Program-made: the position numbers and the translations under genes | Assembly (NCBI GenBank): GCA_964556365.1 | Contig: CAZKVT010000008.1 | Location: forward strand, 4,826-68,825 | Direction of reading: 5' to 3' | Length of the DNA stretch: 64,000 nt | Source: an uncultured bacterium | GTDB lineage: Bacteria; Hydrothermota; UBA3072 | The notes under the pieces: model-generated | What the model saw: the letters and a program-made list of their open reading frames with translations, nothing else | The model's database searches: none | What the model was told of the DNA's origin: nothing | Part shown: positions 19,665 through 28,290 of the stretch, in pieces | Position numbering within the stretch: position 1 is the stretch's first letter | Layout of the letters: every line of letters begins with the position of its first letter

Positions 19665-20474
19665 ATGCAAAACACCGGGATGGGAAATCAAATCGAAACA
19701 ATAAAAGAGAATTTAAAAGGTGTAAAAAATACAGTTATGGTAATGAGCGGTAAAGGTGGGGTAGGGAAAAGCACTGTCGCGGCAAACCTGGCTCTTGTAC
19801 TAGCAGGAAAAGGGGAAAAAGTCGGACTTCTGGATATCGATATTCACGGACCGAATCTTCCTAAAATATTAGGGGCGGAAAAAGGAAGCCTGCAAAGTTC
19901 TGCCGAAAACAGAATTGATCCGGTTAAAATATCGGATAATTTAAAACTTGTGTCCATAGCATTTATGCTGCAGGAAGAGAATCAAGCCGTAATATGGAGA
20001 GGTCCTCTTAAAATGAAACTAATCCAGCAATTCCTAAGCGATATAGAATGGGGTGAACTCGATTGGCTGATCGTTGACTCTCCTCCGGGAACAGGAGATG
20101 AACCTTTATCTATGGCCCAGTTAGTGCCTGAAGGATCGGCTATTGTCGTAACAACACCACAGGAGATTTCACTTCTCGATGTCAAAAAATCGATAGATTT
20201 TGCAAAAAAAATCAACCTCAAATTACTTGGCATCGTAGAAAATATGAGCGGTCTCAAGTGTCCTCACTGCGGCAAAGAGATCTTACTTTTCAAAGGAGGC
20301 GGAGGCGAAGAACTTGCGAAAGAAATGGACATTAATTTCCTTGGTTCGATCCCCATTGACCCGGAAATAGTAATTGCTTCAGACGCGGGAACTTTGTATG
20401 TTGAAAAATTTCCGGAATCTCTCGCCACAAAAGCTTTAAAGAAAATAGCCGATAAAATAAGCGCAAAAGATTGA
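19665..20474 (+). CDS. mrp: Mrp/NBP35 (ApbC) family Fe-S cluster carrier ATPase
   Basis: 269 aa; deviant Walker A SGKGGVGKST, CPHCG motif. Confidence 0.9.
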   Translation: MQNTGMGNQIETIKENLKGVKNTVMVMSGKGGVGKSTVAANLALVLAGKGEKVGLLDIDIHGPNLPKILGAEKGSLQSSAENRIDPVKISDNLKLVSIAFMLQEENQAVIWRGPLKMKLIQQFLSDIEWGELDWLIVDSPPGTGDEPLSMAQLVPEGSAIVVTTPQEISLLDVKKSIDFAKKINLKLLGIVENMSGLKCPHCGKEILLFKGGGGEELAKEMDINFLGSIPIDPEIVIASDAGTLYVEKFPESLATKALKKIADKISAKD

Positions 20475-20553
20475 AATCACAAAGTTTTAGACACAATCTG
20501 GAGACTTGACATTTTACTCAATGCTTATACTATTCGAAAAAATAGGAGGGAAA

Positions 20554-21198
20554 GTGGGTTTAATTAGTGAACAAGACAAAGAATATCTGAAAACCGAGTT
20601 CAGTAAAAATATAAAAAGAAAAGTTCAATTACTTTATTTTACCGATCAAGAAAAAGAATCCGATTACACGGTGCAGACAAAAGAACTACTGGAAGAACTT
20701 GTTTCCTTAAATGATAATTTATCTCTTGTAATCAAAAACTGTGATGATGAAAAAAGTATGAAATCCGAAAATTTGACTCTTTGTCCATCAATTAAAGTCA
20801 AATCCGAGCGGAACGGCTTTATGAATTTTTATGGTATTCCCGCGGGGCATGAATTCACTTCATTTATCGAAGCGATAAATGACATGGGCGGAGATAACCT
20901 TCCTCTCTCCGAAGATATAATAGAAGATTTAAAACAGATAGATAAACCCATCGACATAAAAGTTTTCATTACGCATGGCTGTCCACATTGCCCGGGTGCT
21001 GTTAGAAACGCTCACACATTTTCCCTTGTAAATGATAACATAAAAAGCTCTATGGTCGATGCCAATTACTTTGATAAAGTTTCAAGGGAAAATCAGGTTT
21101 CAAGCGTCCCTCATATAGTTATAAACGATAAAGTAAATTTTACCGGAAATATGCCGCCCAGAATATTTCTTGATAAAATAAAGGAAGCTTTAAAATAA
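20554..21198 (+). CDS. two-thioredoxin-fold protein disulfide oxidoreductase-like protein
   Basis: ORF listed from 20506, but that part carries the TTGACA box. GTG at 20554 follows GGAGGG. CPHC active site in GCPHCPGAV; size and layout like glutaredoxin-like PDO proteins. Confidence 0.6.
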   Translation: MGLISEQDKEYLKTEFSKNIKRKVQLLYFTDQEKESDYTVQTKELLEELVSLNDNLSLVIKNCDDEKSMKSENLTLCPSIKVKSERNGFMNFYGIPAGHEFTSFIEAINDMGGDNLPLSEDIIEDLKQIDKPIDIKVFITHGCPHCPGAVRNAHTFSLVNDNIKSSMVDANYFDKVSRENQVSSVPHIVINDKVNFTGNMPPRIFLDKIKEALK

Positions 21199-22158
21199 AT
21201 GGACCTTTCTCTAAACAGACAAAGTAAAAAAAGCGAAAAAAAACATTTCTCCGCGGGTATAATAGGATCCGGCCCTGCCGGTTTAACTGCTGCTATCTAT
21301 CTCGGAAGATCAAAAATAGATACAGTGGTCTTTGAAAAAATTGCTCCCGGTGGTTATATAATCAACGTTGAAAAAATAGAAAATTATCCGGGTTTTGTTG
21401 AAGGAATATCGGGACAGGAATTAGGAAAATTATACGTTCAACATGCAAAACGGTTCGGGGCGGAGATAATAGATGAAGAAATCACAAAATTAGAGTTAGA
21501 TAAAACACCATTCATTACAGAATCCTCAAACGAATCCTACACTGCTGATAGTCTGATAATCGCATGCGGTTCTTCAAGCAGGAAAATAGGAGTACCCGGA
21601 GAAGAAGAGTTTATACATAAAGGAATTTCTTTCTGCGCAGCCTGCGACGCGCCTTTTTTTGAAGGAGAGAATGTTGTTGTTGTAGGAGCCGGAAATTCGG
21701 GAGTGCAAGAAGCTCTTTACATTTCTAAATTCGCAAAACATATAACGATTGTCGAGTTCTTAGACCATCCTACATGTGAACCGATACTTCTGGATAGAAT
21801 CAACAAAAACGATAAAATAGAACTGCTAACTTCTCATACAGTAGTAGGTTTCAAGGGAGATAAATTTCTGGAAAGTGTCGAGATAAAAGATGTTAGTGGC
21901 GGAGAGATAAAACCTATAAAAGCTAAAGGTTCTTTTATTTACGCCGGAGAAGTACCAAACAGCGATTTGGTCAAGGATAAGCTAGAACTAGATAAAAATG
22001 GATATATCCTTACGGATAAACATTTGAAAACTTCTGTTAAAGGCGTTTTTGCCGCGGGAAACGTCAGAGATACAACTTTCAGACAGGTCGCCACTGCCAT
22101 AGGGGACGGGGCGGTTGCCGCCCACGAAGCATATAAATATCTTGAAGAAAACAAATGA
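21199..22158 (+). CDS. trxB: thioredoxin-disulfide reductase
   Basis: 319 aa; GSGPAGLTAA FAD site, redox CAACD, GAGNSG NADPH site, GDG near the C-terminus. Confidence 0.9.
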   Translation: MDLSLNRQSKKSEKKHFSAGIIGSGPAGLTAAIYLGRSKIDTVVFEKIAPGGYIINVEKIENYPGFVEGISGQELGKLYVQHAKRFGAEIIDEEITKLELDKTPFITESSNESYTADSLIIACGSSSRKIGVPGEEEFIHKGISFCAACDAPFFEGENVVVVGAGNSGVQEALYISKFAKHITIVEFLDHPTCEPILLDRINKNDKIELLTSHTVVGFKGDKFLESVEIKDVSGGEIKPIKAKGSFIYAGEVPNSDLVKDKLELDKNGYILTDKHLKTSVKGVFAAGNVRDTTFRQVATAIGDGAVAAHEAYKYLEENK

Positions 22159-22388
22159 TAAAAGTATATACTAATTCAAGCTGTCCATACTGTATCAAAC
22201 TAAAAAATTTCCTGAAAAAAAATGGAGTAAAATTTAAAGAGATAAATATATCGAAATACCCGGAGGCCGCGAAAGAACTAAAGAACAAAACCGGACAAAC
22301 CGGTGTACCCGTCACACTATTCGGAAGTCATAAAATCATCGGTTTCGATGAAAATCGTTTAAGGAATCTATTAAAAATAAAAAGGTGA
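22155..22388 (+). CDS. glutaredoxin/NrdH-like small redoxin
   Basis: 77 aa; KVYTNSSCPYCIKLKNFL, GVPVTLF; 4-nt overlap with trxB. Confidence 0.8.
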   Translation: MIKVYTNSSCPYCIKLKNFLKKNGVKFKEINISKYPEAAKELKNKTGQTGVPVTLFGSHKIIGFDENRLRNLLKIKR

Positions 22389-22395
22389 GGTTATT

Positions 22396-22932
22396 TTGAA
22401 AAAATATGTTTTTGTTTTATTTTTATTTATGATTATTGCGGGATGCGGCAGAGCTGAAGCCAACAGTAACAACAAAAAAAACGAGGAAAAAGTCGGATTG
22501 GCAAAATCAAACATTGCTCCCGACTTCACCCTTAACGATATGGAAGGAAATTCTCATACACTTTCCCAGTACAGAGGACAAGTGATCCTTATCGATTTCT
22601 GGGCAACATGGTGCCCTCCTTGTGTTGTAGAAATACCCCACTTTGTTAAACTATATAACAAATACAACGAAAAAGGTTTTGTAATTCTGGGAGCGAGCCT
22701 GGATAACAACGAGAAAAAACTTAAGAGTTTCGTTTCCAATCAGGCAATGAATTATCCTGTACTTGTAAATGCGGGAAATGTAAGCTCTAAGTACGCTATA
22801 CAGGCAATACCCACAGCTTACTTGATAGACAAACAGGGAAAAATCGAAAAAAAGTTCGTTGGTTATAGACCCGGTTACGAAAAAGAAATAGAAAAAATCT
22901 TATTAAAGTTGCTGGAAACAAAGGATGAATAA
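22396..22932 (+). CDS. TlpA/ResA family periplasmic thiol:disulfide oxidoreductase (lipoprotein)
   Basis: 178 aa; lipobox IIAGC, FWATWCPPC active site. Confidence 0.85.
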   Translation: MKKYVFVLFLFMIIAGCGRAEANSNNKKNEEKVGLAKSNIAPDFTLNDMEGNSHTLSQYRGQVILIDFWATWCPPCVVEIPHFVKLYNKYNEKGFVILGASLDNNEKKLKSFVSNQAMNYPVLVNAGNVSSKYAIQAIPTAYLIDKQGKIEKKFVGYRPGYEKEIEKILLKLLETKDE

Positions 22933-23065
22933 GCGTACACTAATTTATATTCTGGGATTAATCCTTTTTTTGGGATTTTTTATTTATGGAATCGGCTCCG
23001 AACAGAAAACGGAGGTTGAACAGAAAGGATCGATTATCTGCCTTTCCTGCATAGGTATCGGTTAA
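22925..23065 (+). CDS. unlisted 46-codon single-TM protein with C-terminal CLSC motif
   Basis: Own translation: MNKRTLIYILGLILFLGFFIYGIGSEQKTEVEQKGSIICLSCIGIG. Its ATG overlaps the tlpA-like stop, and its stop lies 1 nt before the next ATG (23067). Confidence 0.35.
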   Translation: MNKRTLIYILGLILFLGFFIYGIGSEQKTEVEQKGSIICLSCIGIG

Positions 23066-23066
23066 A

Positions 23067-23870
23067 ATGTTCGGATGGCTGTATAAAAGAGTAACGCGGT
23101 ATTATGTATACATTGTATCTTTTTTCGCGGCTAACAATCATTTCAGTAAAAATATATATCAGGGAAAATTAAAAGGATTCTTTTTCCCGGGATTAAATTG
23201 TTACGCGTGCCCATTAGCCCGGCATTCCTGTCCTCTGGGTTCTCTCCAAAACTTCATCGGGGTCAAGACTTTTCCCTTATACGTATTGGGATTTATGGGC
23301 GTTTTAGGCATAACGCTGGGGAGATTTGTGTGTGGATGGATTTGCCCTTTCGGATTTCTTCAGGAGCTTCTCTACAGAATTAAGACTTTTAAGATTCGAG
23401 TATCCCAAAAACATAGTTATTCCAAATACGTGGTTTTATTTTTTCTTGTGATGCTCTTACCATTTCTAACTACCCAACCATGGTTTTGCAAGCTTTGTCC
23501 GGCGGGAGGAATAGAAGCGGGGATTCCTATGGTTTCTATGCATCCATATTTAAGAAGTCTTATCGGCACTTTATTTTACGTTAAAATTACAATTGTTACC
23601 GCGCTTATATCTTTCTCTGTTCTGATTAAAAGACCCTTTTGCAGATTCGTATGTCCGCTCGGAGCCATCTACGGAATTTTTAATAAATTCACATTTTTCA
23701 AGATAAAAGTCGATGAAAAAAAGTGCATAGAATGTTATACATGCCAAACCGTCTGCCCTATGGATGTCGAAATTTTCAAAGCTCCGGATTCCGTGGATTG
23801 TATCAGATGCGGAGAATGTATCAAAGCATGTCCCACAAAAGCGTTGTATTATAAATACGGAATTGACTAA
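23067..23870 (+). CDS. membrane-bound 4Fe-4S polyferredoxin (NapH/MauN-like, COG0348-type)
   Basis: 267 aa; membrane CxxCP motifs (CYACPL, CGWICPFGFLQE, CKLCPAGG, CRFVCPLGAIYG). C-terminal 2x[4Fe-4S] CIECYTCQTVCP / CIRCGECIKACP. Confidence 0.8.
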   Translation: MFGWLYKRVTRYYVYIVSFFAANNHFSKNIYQGKLKGFFFPGLNCYACPLARHSCPLGSLQNFIGVKTFPLYVLGFMGVLGITLGRFVCGWICPFGFLQELLYRIKTFKIRVSQKHSYSKYVVLFFLVMLLPFLTTQPWFCKLCPAGGIEAGIPMVSMHPYLRSLIGTLFYVKITIVTALISFSVLIKRPFCRFVCPLGAIYGIFNKFTFFKIKVDEKKCIECYTCQTVCPMDVEIFKAPDSVDCIRCGECIKACPTKALYYKYGID

Positions 23871-23949
23871 TAAAAAACTTCTATATGTTTATTTCAGTAT
23901 TGGGGAATCGTTCTTACAAAGGGCAAATAAAAACTACAGTTTCTACATG

Positions 23950-24127
23950 CATTAATTAGGTACCAGGTATCGGATACCAGATTCCAGTTAAAAAACAAAA
24001 ACAATCGCGTTTATCCATATCCCACTTTTGGGTATAGGGTTGGGATTCTTACTCCTGGCTTCTGAATTCTTCTCTCTGTGTTCTTTGTGTACTCTATGTG
24101 ATATTAATCTTTTTGTGGGGAGGGTTT
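23950..24127. repeat. intergenic array of short degenerate tandem repeats upstream of the exbB promoter
   Basis: GGTACCAG GTATCGGA TACCAGAT TCCAG (8-nt period); TCTCTGTG TTCTTTGTGT ACTCTATGTG (9-10 nt); then GTGGGGAGGG. Confidence 0.7.
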
Positions 24128-24142
24128 TGAACAAAGATGTCC

Positions 24143-24171
24143 TTGACATAGCAAGCATTATTATATAAAAT
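24143..24171 (+). promoter_or_regulatory. sigma-70-type promoter of exbB-exbD-tonB operon
   Basis: ccTTGACA (24143-24148), 17 nt, TAAAAT (24166-24171); AAGGAGG RBS follows. Confidence 0.55.
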
Positions 24172-24194
24172 AGATAAGAATAAAAGGAGGTCTA

Positions 24195-24782
24195 ATGAGT
24201 TTAATGTCTATTCTTGCTAAAGGCGGCTGGACAATGATTTTTGTGGGAATAACTCTTTTTGTAGGGCTGTATTTTGCTATAGAACGCTTTATATATTACA
24301 GGAGAAGTCAAACCCCTACGGATGATTTATTAAAAAGAGTTTATGCCTGGTTAAAAGAAAAAAGTCCGGAACAAGCTTTAAAAGAAATCCGCGATTACGA
24401 TACACCGATAACAAGAGTAATGGCTAAGGGAATTCTATCCGAGAACAAAGAAGCAATGAATGCGAGTGCTGCTGTAGAATTGCAGAGCCTTGAAAAAGGT
24501 CTCGGGGTCGTGGCCTCTATGGGTTCAATCGCTCCCATGCTTGGCTTTTTCGGTACAGTGCTGGGTATGATAAAAGCTTTCATGCAGATAGAAATACTCG
24601 GTGGTGGAGTTAACCCTTCCCGTCTTGCAGGTGGAATATGGGAGGCTCTCGTCACTACAGCCGCCGGACTGGCAGTCGGCATTATATTTCTTTTGATATA
24701 CAATGCTCTTTCCGACAGGATGAACTCTATCTTACGAGATATCAACAGGGTAATTTCAGAAATAACTTCAATTATGGAATGA
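24195..24782 (+). CDS. exbB: MotA/TolQ/ExbB proton-channel protein
   Basis: 195 aa; 3 TM, conserved LGFFGTVLGMI and ALVTTAAGLAVGI. Confidence 0.85.
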   Translation: MSLMSILAKGGWTMIFVGITLFVGLYFAIERFIYYRRSQTPTDDLLKRVYAWLKEKSPEQALKEIRDYDTPITRVMAKGILSENKEAMNASAAVELQSLEKGLGVVASMGSIAPMLGFFGTVLGMIKAFMQIEILGGGVNPSRLAGGIWEALVTTAAGLAVGIIFLLIYNALSDRMNSILRDINRVISEITSIME

Positions 24783-24786
24783 TAAA

Positions 24787-25179
24787 ATGGAGTTAGAATC
24801 TAAATTTAAACACAAAAGTACTTTCCCTGTAATTTCTATGGCTGATATAGTTTTACTTCTTCTGATTTTTTTCCTTCTCACTTCGACATACCTGGTTCAA
24901 CCCGGAATAAAAGTCCGTCTGCCCAAAACAGCCGCAAGAACCGCTGCGGCACAGGAGAAAATAAGCATAACAATAACAAAAAGCGGAGCTATTTATCTTG
25001 AAGACAAACCTGTTCAAATTGCAAATCTTCCTTACCTGCTAAAGGATACCGCAGAAAAAATAGTATTAATAAAAGCAGATAGGGACGTAACCATAGATAT
25101 GATTGTAAAAGTCATGGAAGTTTTAAGAAAAAGTGGTGCAGGAAAATTTGTTATCGCGACCACCCCGGAAATAGAGTGA
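24787..25179 (+). CDS. exbD: ExbD/TolR biopolymer transport protein
   Basis: 130 aa; single N-terminal TM (MADIVLLLLIFFLLT), periplasmic ExbD-type domain. Confidence 0.85.
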   Translation: MELESKFKHKSTFPVISMADIVLLLLIFFLLTSTYLVQPGIKVRLPKTAARTAAAQEKISITITKSGAIYLEDKPVQIANLPYLLKDTAEKIVLIKADRDVTIDMIVKVMEVLRKSGAGKFVIATTPEIE

Positions 25180-25751
25180 ATATAAAACCAATACCTCTAA
25201 TATCTACAATAATAATTTATTGTTTTCTGCTTTTATTGTTTTTTCTCATTTCCATTAACTTAAAACCTCGGGAGGAAGAATTTGTTACTCTAGGCTTTGA
25301 AATAATAGAAGAAATTGAGGAAACGGGAAGACTCGAAGAAATAGGAGGTACCAACGATATTTTCTCACCCGTGGGAGACATTCCCATACAAACAGAAAAA
25401 ATAAAAAGAAATCTAAGTCCGCTGCAAAAACCCTCTTACAAGGGAGCAGAAACGGAAAGCGGAAAGAAAAAAGGATATAGACTATCCGGGGAATTATTAA
25501 AAAGAAAGATAATACATTTTAAAAAACCGGAATATCCAGAAAACGAAAATGAAAACACTCAGGTACAACTGAAAATAGAAGCTAATCCTGATGGAACAAT
25601 AAAATCCGTTACTATCGTAAAAACAGGAGGTATTCCTTTCGATAGAAACGCTACGGAAGCGGTAAGGGACTGGAGATTTCAGCCTTTACCCCCCAACGTT
25701 AAACAAACAATCCAAAATGGTGTTGTTACAATATATTTTGAAGTAAGATGA
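25176..25751 (+). CDS. tonB: TonB family energy transducer (C-terminal TonB domain)
   Basis: 191 aa; N-terminal TM. C-terminal YPENE...VQLKIEANPDGTIKSVTIVKTGGIPFDRNATEAVRDWRFQP. 4-nt overlaps on both sides. Confidence 0.7.
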   Translation: MNIKPIPLISTIIIYCFLLLLFFLISINLKPREEEFVTLGFEIIEEIEETGRLEEIGGTNDIFSPVGDIPIQTEKIKRNLSPLQKPSYKGAETESGKKKGYRLSGELLKRKIIHFKKPEYPENENENTQVQLKIEANPDGTIKSVTIVKTGGIPFDRNATEAVRDWRFQPLPPNVKQTIQNGVVTIYFEVR

Positions 25752-27610
25752 TTCTATTATTTATATCCCTTTCACTGCAGCAAGCTTTCGATCCATTTGG
25801 GAATAATATTTCAGGACAAAATAAATGTGTTTTATCGGGCAGATGCGTAAACATTGCTGTACAGGCTACGGAAAAAGGGAAACCTTTAGCCGATAAATGG
25901 GTTAAATTCATACCCCATAACGGAAAAGTCTCATTCGATTCCGTAAAAACCGACAACACGGGATTTGCCAATATCGAATTTATACCCGAAGAGGGCGGAT
26001 GGATAGAAGCAAAAGCAGAAAATCAAACTATAAAAATTCATCCTTCAGTTTTTCCTAAACAGAGCCTTATACAATTTATACTATCGGTAATAATAGGAAC
26101 GATTCTAATTCTTATGGGATTGGATCATCTAAATAAAGGCTTTTCTCGTTTTAGCGGAGAGAAAATAAGACAGATGCTCTGGCGAATGACAAAACACCCT
26201 TTATTAGCTTATTTTTCAGGGATACTTGTTGCCGTACTTCTCGAATCAAGCACTTTAACCGGTTTAATGCTACTTGGTCTTGTGGAATCTTCTCTCATCA
26301 AGCTTTCTACCTCGCTTATTATCCTATCGGGAGCCGCACTCGGTTCCACTTTTACAGTACAAATAATAGCTACAGACATTATTCAATTTAGTCCCATTAT
26401 TGTTCTAATTGGCTTTATTCTCTGGCAAACAAAATCAAGATTAAACTATATTGGAAGAATCATCCTGGGATTCGGCCTGATCTTTTTTTCCATCTGGCTC
26501 ATAAGAGATAATATTCAACCCTTAAAAGATGTATTCGCTCTCGATATCAATCCTTTCTTACTATTCTTCTCAGCTATAATTTTAACTTTCCTATTTCATT
26601 CCAGCGCCGCCACACTCGGATTAGTTATAGCCTTTGCGGGTACTTTAAGCTTTTCCTCGATTATACCTATTGTACTCGGAGTGAACATCGGAACATCATT
26701 TACGATATTACTCGGTTCCACCCGTTTTGCTTCTTCTTCGGATAAAGCCATGGGAGTAGGATACGTTATTCTTAAAACAATTTTCGTCATATTATCTCTT
26801 TATCTATTTTTTATACCCAGATGTTTAGAACTTACTGCGAGAGGAATTGCCAATATTCACACCCTTGTAAACTGCTGGGGACTTATATTGATTCCTTTTT
26901 GCTTTCCTCTTGCAAAATTCCTCAGGAGATTGTACGGAAGAAAGGAATCCAAGCTTAAACTCGATCCTCTTTTCCTGTCTTCTTCCACTGTCGCCATATC
27001 AAAAACTTACGATGTGATACGTGAATCTATGGAAATTGTTAAACTCATGTTTAAGGATACACTGGAAGTATTTAAGCAAAACAACGACGCAATACGCAAA
27101 GTTATAATTTCCAAAGACAATATAGTAGATAAAAATCGGGAAGAATTGACCGCCTACATCTCTAAACTGCTCGGCAAAGAACTCTCGGATAGAGAAAGCA
27201 AAAAATGTGTCACAATACTGGAAATAGGAAACGAAATCGAACATATTGGGGATTTAATAAGCAAAAGTTTAATGAATTACGCGGAAAAGAAAATAAAACA
27301 ATCTTATTTCTTCTCTAAAGAAGGCTTCAAAGAAATAAAAAAATACCATGAAACTATTTTCTCCAATATTACAGAAGTACAGGCTGCTTTATCTACGATG
27401 GATAAAGATACAGCGGGGGATTTACTTGCAAACAAGAAAAAAACTGAAAAGAAACTAAGAAAATTCAAAGACAACCATATTAATCGTTTAAAAGAAGGAA
27501 GAAGAGAAAGTATCGACACAAGCGCGATACACCTCGACCTTTTAAATGACTTTGATAGAATAAATTTTCATATATATAACATCGCGAAAGCAATAATAGG
27601 GGAATTATGA
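25748..27610 (+). CDS. Na+/phosphate cotransporter family protein with PhoU-like C-terminus and extra N-terminal Ig-like domain
   Basis: 620 aa; two NptA-type membrane repeats, C-terminal PhoU-like helices (IGNEIEHIGD). First ~95 aa resemble a beta-sandwich (VQATEKGKPLADKWVKF...DNTGFANIEF). Confidence 0.75.
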   Translation: MILLFISLSLQQAFDPFGNNISGQNKCVLSGRCVNIAVQATEKGKPLADKWVKFIPHNGKVSFDSVKTDNTGFANIEFIPEEGGWIEAKAENQTIKIHPSVFPKQSLIQFILSVIIGTILILMGLDHLNKGFSRFSGEKIRQMLWRMTKHPLLAYFSGILVAVLLESSTLTGLMLLGLVESSLIKLSTSLIILSGAALGSTFTVQIIATDIIQFSPIIVLIGFILWQTKSRLNYIGRIILGFGLIFFSIWLIRDNIQPLKDVFALDINPFLLFFSAIILTFLFHSSAATLGLVIAFAGTLSFSSIIPIVLGVNIGTSFTILLGSTRFASSSDKAMGVGYVILKTIFVILSLYLFFIPRCLELTARGIANIHTLVNCWGLILIPFCFPLAKFLRRLYGRKESKLKLDPLFLSSSTVAISKTYDVIRESMEIVKLMFKDTLEVFKQNNDAIRKVIISKDNIVDKNREELTAYISKLLGKELSDRESKKCVTILEIGNEIEHIGDLISKSLMNYAEKKIKQSYFFSKEGFKEIKKYHETIFSNITEVQAALSTMDKDTAGDLLANKKKTEKKLRKFKDNHINRLKEGRRESIDTSAIHLDLLNDFDRINFHIYNIAKAIIGEL

Positions 27611-28290
27611 TATCGGAAAGTCATCTCGTATCGTGTGAAGAATTCGAAGGACCTCTGGATCTTCTACTCTATCTTGTAAGAAAACAAGAAGTCGCAATAG
27701 AAGATATTTCTCTTTCCCGAATCACAAGAGAATATCTGTTATTTGTAAAGGACCTCGAAGAAATAGACTTCGATGGAGCAGGAGAATTTATACGATATGC
27801 CGCTACTCTCCTTTCTATAAAAGCAAAAGGAATATCCAGGGAAGATCAATCAGAGGAAGACGCTGATGATTTTGAAACAAAAGAATCACTTATCGAAATG
27901 TTGACTAAATATAAAAGATTTAAAGGTGTAGGAAATTACCTGGGAAATAAATTAAATACCGCGAACAGAATGTTTGGGCGCCCAAATATAGAATCCGATA
28001 AAGAAATACATATTTCTATCGGCGGGCTAAAATTTCTTCTCGAAGGAATAAAAAAGAAAGAAAACTTTAATCCGCCTACAACGATTTTATTCCATATCGA
28101 CCATCTCATCGACAACCTCATGGAAAAACTTAAGAAAATCGGAAAATTCGTCTTTTCGAAAATCGTCGCCGGTTCCGAAAGCAAAGAGAAAATAGGGCTC
28201 TTTTTCGCTCTACTTGAAATAATAAGAAGAGGCAAAGCAAAAGCCTTTCAGCGAAAACCTTTCGATGAAATATTTGTAGAAAAAAAGTGA
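27607..28290 (+). CDS. scpA: segregation and condensation protein A
   Basis: 227 aa; FEGPLDLLLYLVRKQEVAIEDISLSRIT signature. Confidence 0.85.
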   Translation: MISESHLVSCEEFEGPLDLLLYLVRKQEVAIEDISLSRITREYLLFVKDLEEIDFDGAGEFIRYAATLLSIKAKGISREDQSEEDADDFETKESLIEMLTKYKRFKGVGNYLGNKLNTANRMFGRPNIESDKEIHISIGGLKFLLEGIKKKENFNPPTTILFHIDHLIDNLMEKLKKIGKFVFSKIVAGSESKEKIGLFFALLEIIRRGKAKAFQRKPFDEIFVEKK

